From NCBI GenBank assembly GCA_951406725.2, contig OX597816.1:130634001-130698000 (forward strand): a stretch of DNA of 64,000 nt, given 5' to 3'. Below the pieces are notes generated by a model. It had not been told where the DNA came from. It did no database searches and saw only the letters and a program-made list of their open reading frames with translations. This DNA is from Octopus vulgaris. Its lineage: Eukaryota. Position 1 is the first letter of the stretch, and each line of letters opens with the position of its first letter. Positions 41,606-55,900 of the stretch are shown here, in pieces. The position numbers were made by a program, and so were the translations under genes.

Positions 41606-41821
41606 CGAAGAGTACTTAAAAGTTCCTAGCTTTAAGGGTATTGCGAAAGGCTTGGTTGGAGGCCCAACCTTCCGAGTTTTCTTACGGGGCTTAGAACAAC
41701 TGAAGGACCGCTGCAATAATTGTGTGAATATGAAAGGGGAATATACTGAATAAAATCATAATTAACTGATCCTCCAGTATTTTTTTTTACCCCAAGCCAG
41801 GAACTTTCAAGCACGCCCTCA
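41606..41821 (+). mobile_element. Mariner-derived MITE (same family as 36250-36450)
   Basis: TIRs with TA ends; GLEQLKDRCNNCVNMKGEYTE* remnant. Confidence 0.88.
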
Positions 41822-42032
41822 TATATATATATATATATATATAAATATAACTGAAAATAAGGGTGTCTGAGAGACACCACCATGCCGAAATAGCAGTCAA
41901 AACCCTGACTCTAAGAACCACGTTAAATGTTCATATCGCACCATGAGATAAGACAGAGGGACAAAATAGACTAGCAAAAAATATTACTGAATAATATCTT
42001 ATCTCATGGTGCGATATGAACAATCTGATATA

Positions 42033-42088
42033 TTCAACTGGCGAGGCAAAGCTTATTTAAAGCAAAGCTAGAAATCCGAGATCTTGAA
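42033..42088 (+). ncRNA. Type I hammerhead motif, copy 1 (core mutated to CTGGCGA)
   Basis: Identical to 42518-42573 except for A6G in the core. Confidence 0.65.
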
Positions 42089-42517
42089 TTATTCAGTAAT
42101 ATTTTTTGCTAGTCTATTTTGTCCCTCTGTCTTATCTCATGGTGTGATATGAACATTTAACGTGGTTCTTAGAGTTAGGGTTTTGACTGCTATTTCGGCA
42201 TGGTGGTGTCTCTCAGACACCCTTATTTTTTGTTGTAAAAAAATGATTACCTTTGTATGGTATTTTTCCTATGCTGGCCACTTGATAATATCGATATTTA
42301 AATATCGATATTATCCTTATTTATAAATTTATTTAATTCGTCACTATATTCACTGCGGTGTTTATTTTGACCATGTCGTGCTTATGGGGTATTTTGGCGG
42401 GCAATTTAACTGGCCTTGTACATACGTGCATATATATGTATGCATGGACGTTCGTATATGTAAGTATAACGTTTGTTCTGCATATATTTATTTGTATTTA
42501 TGTGCCTATCTGATATA

Positions 42518-42573
42518 TTCAACTGACGAGGCAAAGCTTATTTAAAGCAAAGCTAGAAATCCGAGATCTTGAA
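42518..42573 (+). ncRNA. Type I hammerhead ribozyme motif, intact core
   Basis: ttcaa-CTGACGA-ggcaaagcttatttaaagcaaagcta-GAAATC-cga-GATC-ttgaa: 5-bp stem I, stem II with internal AAA/AAA loop, stem III ATC/GAT, AUC cleavage site at 42566-42568. Confidence 0.78.
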
Positions 42574-43701
42574 TTATTCAGTAATATTTTTTGCTAGTCT
42601 ATTTTGTCCCTCTGTCTTATCTCATGGTGTGATATGAACATTTAACGTGGTTCTTAGAGTCAGGGTTTTGACTGCTATTTCGGCATGGTGGTGTCTCTCA
42701 GACACCCTTATTTTTAGTTGTAAAAAAATTATTACCTTTGTATGGTATTTTCCCATGCTGGCCACTTGATAATATCGATATTATCCTTATTTATAAATAT
42801 ATATACAACTAGAATACATTTCGATATATGTGTGCAGTTTTTGTACAGGTTGTATTTGTGGGATTCAATATTTTCTTGTACTATATCTTGGTCTTCTGGC
42901 ATATTTGATTATACATTATTAACATATGTTTGCTTCAACTTAAGATTTCCGTCGTGGATGAAAATTTCAAAGCTTACCTCAGAAGGAATCTAACTACAAA
43001 CGATAGTTAAATCTTTCAATAGTCCCGTGCATGAGAAGGCACTTGGTGATATCTTTCGTGTATACCTTACTGTGATGCGAGCTATTTTTTTTAATATATA
43101 ATATAACATCATAAGAAAGAGGGAGAGGAAACTGGATAAGAATGTTACTGTGAGGTGTCGTACAACACATATTATTTTTTTTTTATTTATGCGCCCTTTT
43201 CAAGCCTAGCCAGGTTCATGGGCCCGGTTTCCCGGTTTCTATAGTGTATGTGTTCCCTCCAGCTGGACGGGACGCCAGTCCATCGCAGCGTTACTCAAGA
43301 AACAGGAAGAAAGAGTGAGAAAAAGTTGGGGCGAAAGAGTACAACAGGAGTCGCCATCACCCCCTGCCGGAGCCTCGTGGAGCTTTTAGGTGTTTTCGCT
43401 CAATAAACACACACAACGCCCAGTTTGAGAATCGAAACCGCGATCCTCCGACCGCGAGTCCGCTGCCGTAACCACTGGGCCATTGCGCCTCCACCGTACT
43501 ACACACATACGTATGTCTAACATTGGAGAAGTGGGTGCTGAGGTCTTAATTCACCTTGGCTCTATACTGGATTGCAAATGGAAAAATGGAAATCTACTTT
43601 AAGTTTATCTGCCTGTTCTTCCCTATCTCAATGAATACGTTATTAACATACCTATTTTAAAAGACCTGGAATGTCTAGGAATAACTTTCCTTTCAATGTT
43701 C

Positions 43702-43767
<66 letters not shown>

Positions 43768-44044
43768 GCTGATGCATTCAACGAAACTTTAAGTAAAGAG
43801 TAGAGGCAAACAGTTATAAAATGCAGATAACTTCAACCAAATCTGTTGAATGCTACCTTCTTTCGTTTCTTTATTGATTCATATAACACACAGACCATAT
43901 ATCACACGCACATATACTTATATACATAAAGTTTTATATCTCCTGTTTGCTCCACCAAGCACACACAACACACGCTTTCATATGCATGTATGCAAGTAGG
44001 TCGATAGATATGCTGATATGTACGAATATGTGCGCATATATACA

Positions 44045-44079
<35 letters not shown>

Positions 44080-44494
44080 GTGTGTATGTGTGTGTGTGTT
44101 TACATACAGACGCGCACAAGCATACATATATGCATATAAGTATTAATGCATATATGTAAATAAGCATGTACATATGTAATAGCGTATTGATGAGTGAGTG
44201 TGTTAAATACATAAATTCTCAAAGAACATGCGTAAACATAAAGAGAAGGAAATATATATATAATAACTGAGCTGGATGGAAATTGAAACCGTTAACGCTC
44301 ATATGGTTCCTCTAACAACTTCCTGTCTATTTTATTTTGTTGTAAACATAAGCAGTTACATGGACGGCTGCGTACAAAGGAGATCACTTTACCAAATGCA
44401 GGTTAACAAATCGCAAAGTGTACTTCCCTTCTACATTATTGTGAAGGTAAATAAAAGATATGCAGATGTATCATATATAATATATATATTTATC

Positions 44495-44525
<31 letters not shown>

Positions 44526-45624
44526 GTAGAGTAGGAGGTGTGCGTTCATGTGTTAATACCTGCATGTTTATGATCTCGAGCAGACATCTGTGGGTGGGTT
44601 TGTATGCCCCTGTGTATAACATCGTTTGAATCTTTTAGAAATACTTCAATCACATTAATGTTTAATGTGGCAAAAATCGACACCAAGATAAATTTTAACT
44701 TGGATATCATAACGATGTGATCACTACCACTTGAGCGGTATAATCTCCAACGTATATTTCAATAAGGAACTCCCAGTTGATCTCGCTCAATATGAAGTAC
44801 AGCAGATTTACATATGAATAGATTCTTATATCACAATGAATAAACAGATGAATTAGTATTTTTAAAAGAGAATTTTTTGAATAATTTATTTTTTTGATTT
44901 TTATCAGTAGCTAACAATCACTCTTATTCCTATACTCTCAAGGTACGCCAATTTTTGTAGCTCTGTGAATAAACACAGTATTGTATACTGAAGAGCACGG
45001 TACCTTGAGTCAGTGTTCAAGCTATACAACCTCCAGCAGTTGAGTTTACCTTACTGGAAGTATTTACCGTTGAAGTGGCTGCTAGATGGCAATTTTTCTT
45101 TGTCATATTCATGAAACATTCATGTCATGAGACGTTCGTATCTCAGAACATCTCGATGCAGTATGATCCGTCGCTGATAGAGCAAGCAGGATTGCAAACC
45201 GAATGTAATGCGCATTTAATACTCTCTTTGTTTATGTGGGTGACTTATTTAAATGTTTGTTAACCTGCAACCCCTGCTAATGTCGGAATTCTACTTTTAC
45301 ATAGTGTGTTTTAATGAATGGGTATTGACTTCTAAGGGAGGCAAGGGCGCTAAAGAACTGACGTCTACAATATCCACCACATGCATAGAAAGTAGAAATA
45401 TGCATGAGCATAGTTACAGCATTCACATGCACCTCATTTGCATAAATAAACAACATTTATATACAAACAATATATTAGATTCATCAAGAAATATGCTGAT
45501 TTTGCCTGGGTTCCCAATCTCTCCAGAAATTACAACTGACCATGAACAGCGCGTACATAGCATCCTTATAGGCTGTACTATCATCTGTTCTCCAACATGA
45601 AACAAAACACTTGGCTGGTAACCA

Positions 45625-45819
45625 GTATCACAGTGATGATGACATCATATCTGCTGTTGATGACTTTTTCTGACCAACAGGTTGAAAGCTTCATCATCAA
45701 TGGAGTTCAAGCACTGCAATACCGATGGAAAAAGTGTGAACTGCAAAGGGAGTCTATATTGGAAAATAAACTTCATTTGGTTGCACTCCAGCCTGTGAAC
45801 ATTTCAGCCGACCCTCATA
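45625..45819 (+). mobile_element. Mariner 3' remnant
   Basis: FSDQQVESFIINGVQALQYRWKKCE, then a TIR-like end aacatttcagccgaccctca-TA. Confidence 0.7.
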
Positions 45820-48712
45820 CTTTATTTTACAATTTAATCAAAGACGCAGAAATTACATTCTCAAGTGATCCCGAATTCGTAAGACTGACACAGGTGATGT
45901 CCACTATGGATACTCGCTCATAAAAAAATATGGGTAGAGAAGAGATAGTGATATTTGGCCAGAATATTAGCAACATAGTAAACTACACGAGCCAAGTGAT
46001 GGTGTTAAATCAGGTGGCATGTTGCATATCAAGTTACTCGATCCTAACAAAAATCTAAAAACTTTAAAATACTGAATTCAATATCGTGCAACTTCTCAGC
46101 ACCTTTAATATATCTGCTATATTTCGTAATGTTGTTGATTTTTAAGTTACTTCTTCAATAATCGACGTTTAACGTACATGTTCTTGGCACAGCAAAGATT
46201 AGTGTAACTTACATAACTTATAATTAAAAGTTACTAAATTAGACTACAAATCTGAGAGATCATCTGAAAATGATACTGTTAGTAATTACTACAATAACAA
46301 CAACATCAACAAGGAGTCAAAACGGACACACTGAACAATGTAATCTATTATATATAAGAAGTGCTGCTACAGTATTTAGTAGTAGAATAGCTTTGATTTT
46401 AGGTCTGTTTGATCACGTTTGCTCTAGTCTAAACAACAGCAATAACAAGTAAATAATGATGATAATTATTTATTTTGCTACAGAGCAAAAGATAAATTAC
46501 AAAACAAAATCAAATATGAAAAAACCTGTATGGAATACAACATTTTTTACACGAAAAAGGGGAAATAATGAAAAATACGTTACAATAGATGGGCAGCCGT
46601 TTGGTAGAGATTGGATTACCTGAGATCACAGCAGTTAGTATTGTTGCCCAACTCCAGATTGTTGCTGAACAAGCAAACCTATCATCAAAAGTCTGGTAGC
46701 GGTGACCATTTCCTTAATTTTCTGTACATATAATTTTACATGATCCATTATGTCTTTTTCTCTCTATGACGATAGCATATGGTCTGAGGAAAATAGGCTT
46801 AGTATTTCTCCTGCGGAGGATAATTCAGAAGCTGACGGAATTTGCACTCAGAATATAAAGATGGACGAAATGCTTGTAAGTATTTTGTCCGGCGTGCTAA
46901 TAATTCTGCCAGCTCTCCAATTTAAACCATGAACTAATATTAGCTTCAAATTTTGGCTCAAGGTCAGGGGTTTCGAGGGAGGGGATAAATCGATTACATC
47001 GACCTTTGCGTTCAACTGGTACTTATTTTATCCACCGAAAGGATGAAAGGTAAAGTGGGCCACGGCGTGCTAACGAGTCTACCAGCTCGCCGCCGTCATA
47101 ATAATAATAATATGAATTGTAGTTTAATAAGCATAAAAGAATAATTTTACAAGATTTATAATATTAATTAAAAAAGTAGGAGAAAAAGAAACAGAGTATA
47201 AATTTGGCTGATTTTCTTAGTTTAAAAAGTAATATTAAAGTAATAGTCTATACAGCTCTTTACGAAAAACACTTTAAACGCTTAAATGTCAACCGAGATA
47301 ATTAGTCTGATATCAACAATAGCAGACAAATGCAAATGAAACAGAAACTTGATAACTTCACAATTTTATTTCTTACCAGCTTCGAGCTGTGGTAAGAGTG
47401 TTAGAATTGGGAAATTACTAAATATCGACAATAACTATGAAGTCTTTCTCGGGAAACAAAATCAGTTTTGTTACAAAGAGTCAAGAGATGATAATAGTCC
47501 CAGTATCTGACTGGCACTTTATCTTTCGATCCTGGAAAAAAAATGAAAGATAACGTCGACTGCAGTGGGATTTAAACTCAGAGAGCCAGAATAAGTGGAA
47601 CAAAGCATTTTAGCCGATATCTTTCATGACTCTGCCACTTCCAACCTCTACTACATGCTAGTAGTACTTATTTTTACTACCACAAGAAAAATTAATTTGA
47701 TGTCGCTGCAGATTTGAAGTCAGAACTTTGAGATAGCAATAACCAATTGATTACAGTTCACACATGATGATTATGAACCATTTCTATTATAGGAATTATA
47801 CAAATTTGGTAACGGTAAGGATCTCTCTGTACTCTTATTATCGCTACCTTCCGACATGTATATATATACATAATAATAATATATACATATATTATATAGA
47901 CATACATACATGCATGTAGTTATGCTATATATATAGGGATGCATTCACAAACACATACACACCCACACCCACACAACAACAACAACAACAACAACAATAA
48001 TAATAATAATAATAAACGCGAATCCTCTCGCAGTTCGTCCGGGACCATTGTATCTCAGTCTACACTTGCTCTACATAGACATAATATACCTTTTTTAGAA
48101 CCAGGATGATCCTGGGATTGAAAATCTGCACTTCATTTGGTTCTGGAACATCCAGCATTGGGATCAGGTCTGGATTAGGATTTGTTATATGCTAGTTGAA
48201 AATTCAAATTTCAAAAGAACTCCCAAAATTTGTTAACTTTTTCATTTAAACTTAATTGAAAGTAATACCACATTGGTAGGGTACCAATAAATGCTTCATT
48301 ATCGCACTCCTTAGTTTTGGGCCACAGGCCTAATTAGCCCACCGCAGGAGCCACAGCAAAAGTCCACACACACACACACACACACACGCATGTATATATA
48401 TACACACACACGCACGTATATATATATATACACACACACATAAAAACAAGAATCGAACCGACAACCTTATGATCGCATGCACAAAAATCTGACCACGAAC
48501 TAGATCAAACACATTCTCTCTCACTCCCTCTCTCTTTCTCTCTGATACATACGCAGACTTGTGTGTGTGTGTTCATATATATATACATACATACATACAT
48601 ACATATATATATATTATATATATATATTATATATATGTATGTACGTACATGCGTGTGTATACGTGTTTGTAGATGTAGGTACATATATATAACGTATGAA
48701 TAAATGCAGAAG

Positions 48713-48762
<50 letters not shown>

Positions 48763-49268
48763 ATATATGTGTATATATGTATGTTTTTACATATATATAG
48801 TTATACATGTATATACATTATATATACATATACATACATCTATCTATACACACATACACACACAAACATACAATCACACATACAAACATCGTCACTCATA
48901 TATACATATACACAGTGGAGAACGCTTAAGATAGATGAATGTATGTACGATTGTATGACCCTATCCCCATTCCTCTAAACAATTTCCTTCATCAAAACTT
49001 AGACAAGCGTTACTAATTCTTGCTGCATAGCTCTTCTCTCGAGCTGTCTTGGCCATCAACTGATGGGACACGAATTAGCAAGTCACAGCTGGCAATTTCT
49101 CTTACCCTCTCTCTTTGTCTGATGACACGACGTTCAAAATCTGGTTTTTACAACTTTTGTTTCACGAAACTACTGGTGCGGTATCATTTTTACATGTACA
49201 CATCTCCCCATCTCTTACACCATCTGCAATTTTCTCTACGTCTGTGTTTGTGAATGCCTGCGCGTAAA

Positions 49269-49302
<34 letters not shown>

Positions 49303-49809
49303 CATGGTTGTGTGGTAAGAAGTTTGCTTCCCAACCACATGATTTCGGGTTCGGTCCCACTGCGTGACACCTTGACGGGCGGAATGTCGCTAAGCATTAT
49401 GCACGGCGTGCTAAAGATTATGCCAGCTAGCCGCCTTAACAACCTACTTCGTCTTTCATCCTTTCGGGGGTCGATGTAATCGACTTACACCCTCCCCCAA
49501 AATGACTGGCCCTATCTCAAAATTTGAAGCCGATATTATTTTGTTTTCTTAGCAGCATTTCGTCCGCCTTTACATTCTGAGTTCAAATTCCTCCAAGGTC
49601 GACTTTGCCTTTCATCCTTTCGGGGTTGATAAAGTAAGTACCAGTTGAGCACTGGGGTCGATGTAATCAACCTACCCCTCCTCCCCACATTGCCAAAATT
49701 TGAATCCAAAAGTATTTCATGGTTTTAATTCAATGGATCTCAAGAAATGCACAGCGACCCACTTTTCTACTTCAAGATGAGATGTAGCAAGAATAATGAA
49801 ATTATTGTA

Positions 49810-50146
49810 AATAAGAGCAATCAGAGATCGAAAACCTCCGCCAAGGCAACACCAACATCCTCTCAACGATTAACTAGAGATGATTTTTAAAAATAAGAAT
49901 ATCTGAAATAAACTCGACTGCTCTCACAAACGAAAATACTAAAAATGAACCCGACTGCTCTCAAAAATTAAGTAAAAGAACAAGAAAAATAATCCAGAAC
50001 CCTTTTCCGGTACCGGATTGATCCCAAACATCCCTGAAGGTTTCATCCTAATCCATCCAGCGATTCTTGAGATATCATGTTCACGGACAAACAAACAAAC
50101 ACGACTGAAAACAATACCTTCGCCTTTACTGAGGCGGAGGTAATAA
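49810..50146 (-). mobile_element. Helentron-associated non-autonomous element (HINE/DINE-1-like)
   Basis: Minus strand TTATTACCTCCGCC...GGCGAAGGTA 5' stem-loop, (GTTT)n-GTCCGT core, subterminal inverted repeat GGCGGAGGT near the 3' end, then a short terminal stem-loop region. Confidence 0.75.
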
Positions 50147-51391
50147 ATGTGAAAATGTCAATGTTACTTCGTGTCTACCACACTGATGATGATTTAGAAA
50201 AATTGCCGTTGTTTAACCCTCGGTCAGCGCTGATCCAGCACACTTGTGGCCAAAAGTGTTCCAGTTGTGACCGTTACATACATCTTTTTGTATATCTAAG
50301 ATTATATTACCCAAGGTCTTTTCTTTTCTTAGACCATAGGGTGTCTTTAAGGAAGTTGTGAGATTTGACAGCTCTTTTTAATTTCACAGGTCAACGTGGA
50401 ACAACTACGACTGCGTAGGAGATCCTGGAGATCCTACATGTTTTAATGTTATTTTGCCTAAAGCAAGCTCTGAGCTATGATCAAAGATATTCCAGTTATG
50501 ACCTCCCAGTCTTTTATAGATAATGTATAAGTGTATACAAAACCTCATTCTCCAATGCACTCATATCTTAAGACTGTAGAGAGTGATTTGAGGAAGAATT
50601 AGCTGCTGTTTATAGCAGGGTCGTGTGACCATATAGCGGCCACCCTGGTTGGTTTGGTGTGTTGTTGGTGTCGTTGCTCATGATGGTGATGGTGTCGACG
50701 GCGTTGTTGGTGTGAGTGGTGATTATAATATTGGCAGTAGTAGTGGTAGCGTTGTGATTGTTAATAGTAGGGTGGTTATGGAATGGGCGGTGGTGGTGCT
50801 GTAGTTGCTGACGTAGTTGTAGTGTTGATGGTGGAGTTATGTTTGCTGCTGTTGTTATTGGAGGTGGTATTATGGTTCTTGCTTGCAATTGTGATGGTCG
50901 TAATGGCAGTCACGTTGTTATTGTTGATGTTAGCGGTGGTTCTATTGTAAAGTAACTTGGAGTGGGCGGACAGCCTGTGTTTGTATGTGTTTGTGTGCGC
51001 GCGGGTGCGTGCGTGTGTGTATGTCTATGTGTTTGCGGGTGTTTATACGTGTGCATGCATGCGTGTGTCTGTGTGTCTGTGCGTGTGTGTGTATGTATGT
51101 ATGTATGTATGAGTGTGTGTTGGGATGATATCTTAGGCGGAACAACAGTATCAGGTGACAAATTTTGACTAGCTTTAAATTAGCGTGTCTGTCTAGAGTG
51201 GTAAATACAGGTATAGCGGTATTGGTAGTGATGATGATGATGGTATTAGTAATAGGATAAAGTAAGAGGAGACGGGGGTGGAGGCGGAGGTGGAGAAAAG
51301 ACATCCTATTTTAACATCACTTCCGTCACCCTCTTTTCCACTAGGGACAGCAGAGGGTTACACAGACAAGTGTGAGGGTAATAATAATGAA

Positions 51392-51459
<68 letters not shown>

Positions 51460-51541
51460 GGATGAAAACACGAAAATAACACGAAATAAAATGGAGGGAG
51501 ATATTTAATAACGTATACACGCACGCATGCACGCACGCCTC

Positions 51542-51584
<43 letters not shown>

Positions 51585-51996
51585 CATACGGATGTGTTTG
51601 TGCACATATGTGTGTCTGTGTTTGTGTGTGTGTATATATATTATATATACATATATATTTATGTATGTGTGTGTATACATAGATGTATGTGAGCGTCTAT
51701 GTGAGTGCACGCGCGCATGTATATCTGTGTGTTATATATATATACCCACATGCTTTATGCTTCAGACGAAGGCTGGTGTAATGCACGAGGAAGTGAGAAG
51801 CAAAATAAAAGGATGACACTGTTGAGAAGAAATGTTTGGTATTGAAAACGGATCGCATGGGAGTTCTTGATATCGTGACTGGGTATACCTGAACATCAAC
51901 CACATCAATATCACCAGCATGGGAAGCCTGCAAAACTCAAGAGTGTTGCTAGTATTCTTCCTCTGGCCAACTGAGAAACAAATATATTTGCATTCT

Positions 51997-52048
<52 letters not shown>

Positions 52049-52489
52049 TTATATATATATATCTTTACTTTACTCTTTTTGTTTCAGTCATTTGACTGCG
52101 GCCATGCTAGAGCACCGCCTTTTAGTCGAGCAAATCGACCCCGGGACTTATTCTTTGTAAGCCCAGTACTTATTCTATCGGTCTCTTTTTGCCGAACCGC
52201 TAAGTGACAGGGATGTAAACACACCAGCATCGGTTGTCAAGCAATGCTAGGGGGGACAAACACAGACACACAAACACATACACACATATATATATATATA
52301 CACATATATTCGACTGGCTTCTTTCAGTTTCCGTCTATCAAATCCACTCACAAGGCATTGGTCGGCCCGGGGCTATAGCAGAAGACACTTGCCCAAGATG
52401 CCACGCAGTGGGACTGAAACCAGAACCATGTGGTTGGTTAGCAAGCTACATTTGCTACACACACATATACATACATTCATATACATACA

Positions 52490-52541
<52 letters not shown>

Positions 52542-52943
52542 GGCAAGGCTGTTAATAAGCGCAGGTGAGTCTATGTAGTAAGCAGCTTGCGAACCGACAT
52601 GGTTCGGGGTCCACCTTGGACAAATGTCTTCAACTATAACCGCGGACCAACCAAGGCCTTGTGAATGGATTTGGTAGACGGAAACTGAAAGAAGCCCGTC
52701 GTATATATGTATTTAAAAAAATATATGTGTGTATGTGTCTTTCTGTTTGTGTTTGTCCCCCCCACCGCTTGACAACCGGTGTTGGTGTGTTTACGTCCCC
52801 GTAAACGTATCGGTTCAATAAAAGTGACCAATAGAATAAGTACCAAGCTTTTAAAAAAATAAGTACTTGGGTCGATACATTCGACTAAAAATTCTTCAAG
52901 AAGGTACTCCAGCCTGGCCACAGTCTAATGACTGAAACAGCTA

Positions 52944-53182
<239 letters not shown>

Positions 53183-54317
53183 AAGTAATACCAGGATTAA
53201 GAAAAGTCCTGGGGTCTAAAAATTCAAGGCGGTGCTCCAGTATGGCCACAGTCTAATGTAAAAACAAGTAAAAAATATTTAGACACAATTTCTGTATATC
53301 AATTTCACTCAAAAGGCATTGACTAGTCCGGGGTCAAACGCAAAAGACATCTGCACAAGGTGCAACGCAGTGGGACAGAACCAGGAACCATGTGGTTTGG
53401 AAACAAACTTCTCACTACACAGCTAAACCTGTACCTTATGTTTGTATGTTTCCTCCTATTTTTAATCATTTGGGAACTTTCTGTAAGGAAGAGGCTTGTT
53501 TCTAACACAGATAGATTTCTTTATTTAACCACACAGGCTTAGCAGAGAGAACGATAAAATGTAGAATTTTTCTTTTCGAAATCGATCAAAAGGGATCGAA
53601 AAACGAGACGTTTTGGGGCGTGTACACAAACAGATAACAAGGTGGCGTTTTTTTTTCCCAACAATTTGAATTCCCAAAAAGGGGTGACCGGGATATAACA
53701 CTGACTAGAGTTATCCGTAGAAAGAAAAACCTACGAAATATAACCACGGTAACCTCGGCAAAAGGAAAAATCTATGAGAGCGAAATACCCTCTCTCTTTT
53801 TTGTTTGTTTTAACAAAGATAGAAAACTCCATCGCTATAATATAGATTACAAAAAACACGTTACGTTTTGCACTTAAGAAAAGTCTTGCATATTTTTACT
53901 TTTCTACTTACAGACTGATTTTGAGACGTGTATGTTAACTGTTTGACTTTTTTTCTGATAACCCAACTTCACCAGATTGTCACTTTGGCATTTACTCACG
54001 AAACCGAGAGGACTAATTATTATTGGTATAAAAATCTAATATATGTATGCATATATTTATGATGAACATATGTATGCATGTATGTATATACGTAGAAATC
54101 CATGCATGTATGTATGTATGATTGTATGTATGTATGTGTGATGTATATATATGTATGTATGATGTATATATATGTACGTATGATGTACATATGTATGCAT
54201 GTATGTAATATGTATGCCTGTATGCATTTGAGTGCATACACACTCACACACACACATGTATGCATGTGTGAGTGTGGATGCCAGTGAACATTGTTATTTT
54301 ATTTGTTTTTCCTTTAG

Positions 54318-54444
54318 AGAAAGAAAAAACAGTGGTTATGGCCCCATTCAATCAATGCCTCATAGCAGTTGGGAGGAAGAGAAATACGATGTGGCCCAAA
54401 TGCTTGCAACAGAGTCGCCCCTGTTACAGACACCCGGAGACTAG
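54318..54444 (+). CDS. Candidate terminal coding exon of an unidentified plus-strand gene
   Basis: Strong acceptor ttttatttgtttttcctttAG, then a non-repetitive open frame (phase 2) ERKNSGYGPIQSMPHSSWEEEKYDVAQMLATESPLLQTPGD* ending TAG. Followed by trinucleotide-rich, 3'UTR-like sequence. No homology recognised. Confidence 0.35.
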
Positions 54445-54499
54445 GGTGGTGGTGTTAAAACGGGCGACAGATTAAATCTACCATCCTTCTGTTTAACAA

Positions 54500-55195
54500 C
54501 AGTATCACCACCACCACCACCACCAACAACAACAACAACTACAACATGGACAAAAGCAATAATAATAATAATAAAAACCGAAACAAGGCCAAACAAAAGG
54601 CAAACAAGAAAACATCCGTCTTAAAACATGATGGTGCATCAGTGATCATTAATACGTAACATGAAATTGGTATTGAAACTTTATACCGTGTTGTTTAATG
54701 GAGTGGATTAGAGCTGAACACGTAAGGAGTGTGACAATGGGGGGGGGGGGTGCAGCGGCGGCGATGGCGACGGCGGTGGTAGTAGCGGCGGCGGCAACAG
54801 CGGCAGCAGCAGCAGCGGCGGAGGCAGCAGCAGCGGCAGTGGAGATGTTATTTGCCGTGGAATGGTGTTGGTTGTGGTGGTAGTTGATAGTGGTGAGGGT
54901 CAGTGTGTGTGTGAGTGTGCATGTGTTTATGTGCGAGTGCGTGTGGGGACAGAGGCAGGATGATTATTATGGTGATAGTGTAGTGGTGGGGGAGGTAGTG
55001 GTAATGGTGGTGGTGGTGGTGGTGGTGGTGGTGGTAGTTTGGGTTGTAGGGAAGCTGGTTGAATGGCCGTATGCGTATGAGGTGGTGGTGGTGGAGGGCC
55101 TTAGTAAGATGGTAAAGAGTGTCGATGGAAAGGGTCAAATAATTCCGATATTGTATTCAAAAGGTAATGATAATAATAACAACAACAACAGCAGC

Positions 55196-55237
<42 letters not shown>

Positions 55238-55900
55238 CAGAGGTGGGGTGGGGAAATGTTATTAAAGCATTCATTACTAGTTGTCAGGAGCCGACAAGCA
55301 GGTGTTGCGACCAAAGCAACAACATCAGTAACAGCAACAATAACAATAATAATAACAATAACAAGAGTAGCAAATAATAACAACGGCAAACAAATAACAA
55401 TAACAAAGATAACAAGAAAACACCCTATGAAGACACATGTCAGAGGGAGACCCTATCAGACGTGGTCCCGTGAACTCTGTCAGCGTAGACGACATTGCAA
55501 ACTGATGACATCGTCTCCATCACCACCACCACCACCACCACCATCACCACCATCATAACAGCCCTCTTCCCCGTCTTCGCCGTCGCCGCCATCGTCACTA
55601 TTACCATCATCGTCATCGTCCACCTCCTCATCATCATTATTGTCGTCGTCGTCGTCACCACCATTATACCACCACCAAAGACACCACAAACGTCACCAGC
55701 AACATCACCGCAAATACAACCGCCATCTTGTCAACAACACAAACAGAAACACTACCACCAATACCATAGCCACAAACACCACCACCATTACCATTGTCCA
55801 CATCATCACACCAATCACTACCATCATCAACATCATCATCACTACCATAACCGGAAATGCGACTACCACCATCAACATCACTTTAACGATTGGTATCAAC
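54500..55900. repeat. Block of mixed trinucleotide repeats (CAC, CAA, GCA/GCG, GGT, AAT, CAT)
   Basis: Directly visible; source of the low-complexity ORFs on both strands. Confidence 0.9.

Larger units (their letters stand above)
41849..42797 (+). mobile_element. Retrozyme-like / non-autonomous Penelope-like element: inverted 5' segment plus ~1.6 tandem 485-bp units
   Basis: 41849-41995 is the reverse complement of about 42089-42232. 42023-42330 recurs at 42508-42797 (period 485). (TA)n on both flanks; no ORF. Confidence 0.88.

Noticed and set aside
47371-47397. Hairpin that reads as a 10-12-nt microexon on either strand
   Set aside because: The symmetry explains the apparent splice sites; no independent support.
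51770-51975. Possible exon near 51890-51970
   Set aside because: The plus strand resembles a decayed RLE-LINE segment (HEEVRSKIK...VLKT) with stops; no Wnt match on the minus strand.
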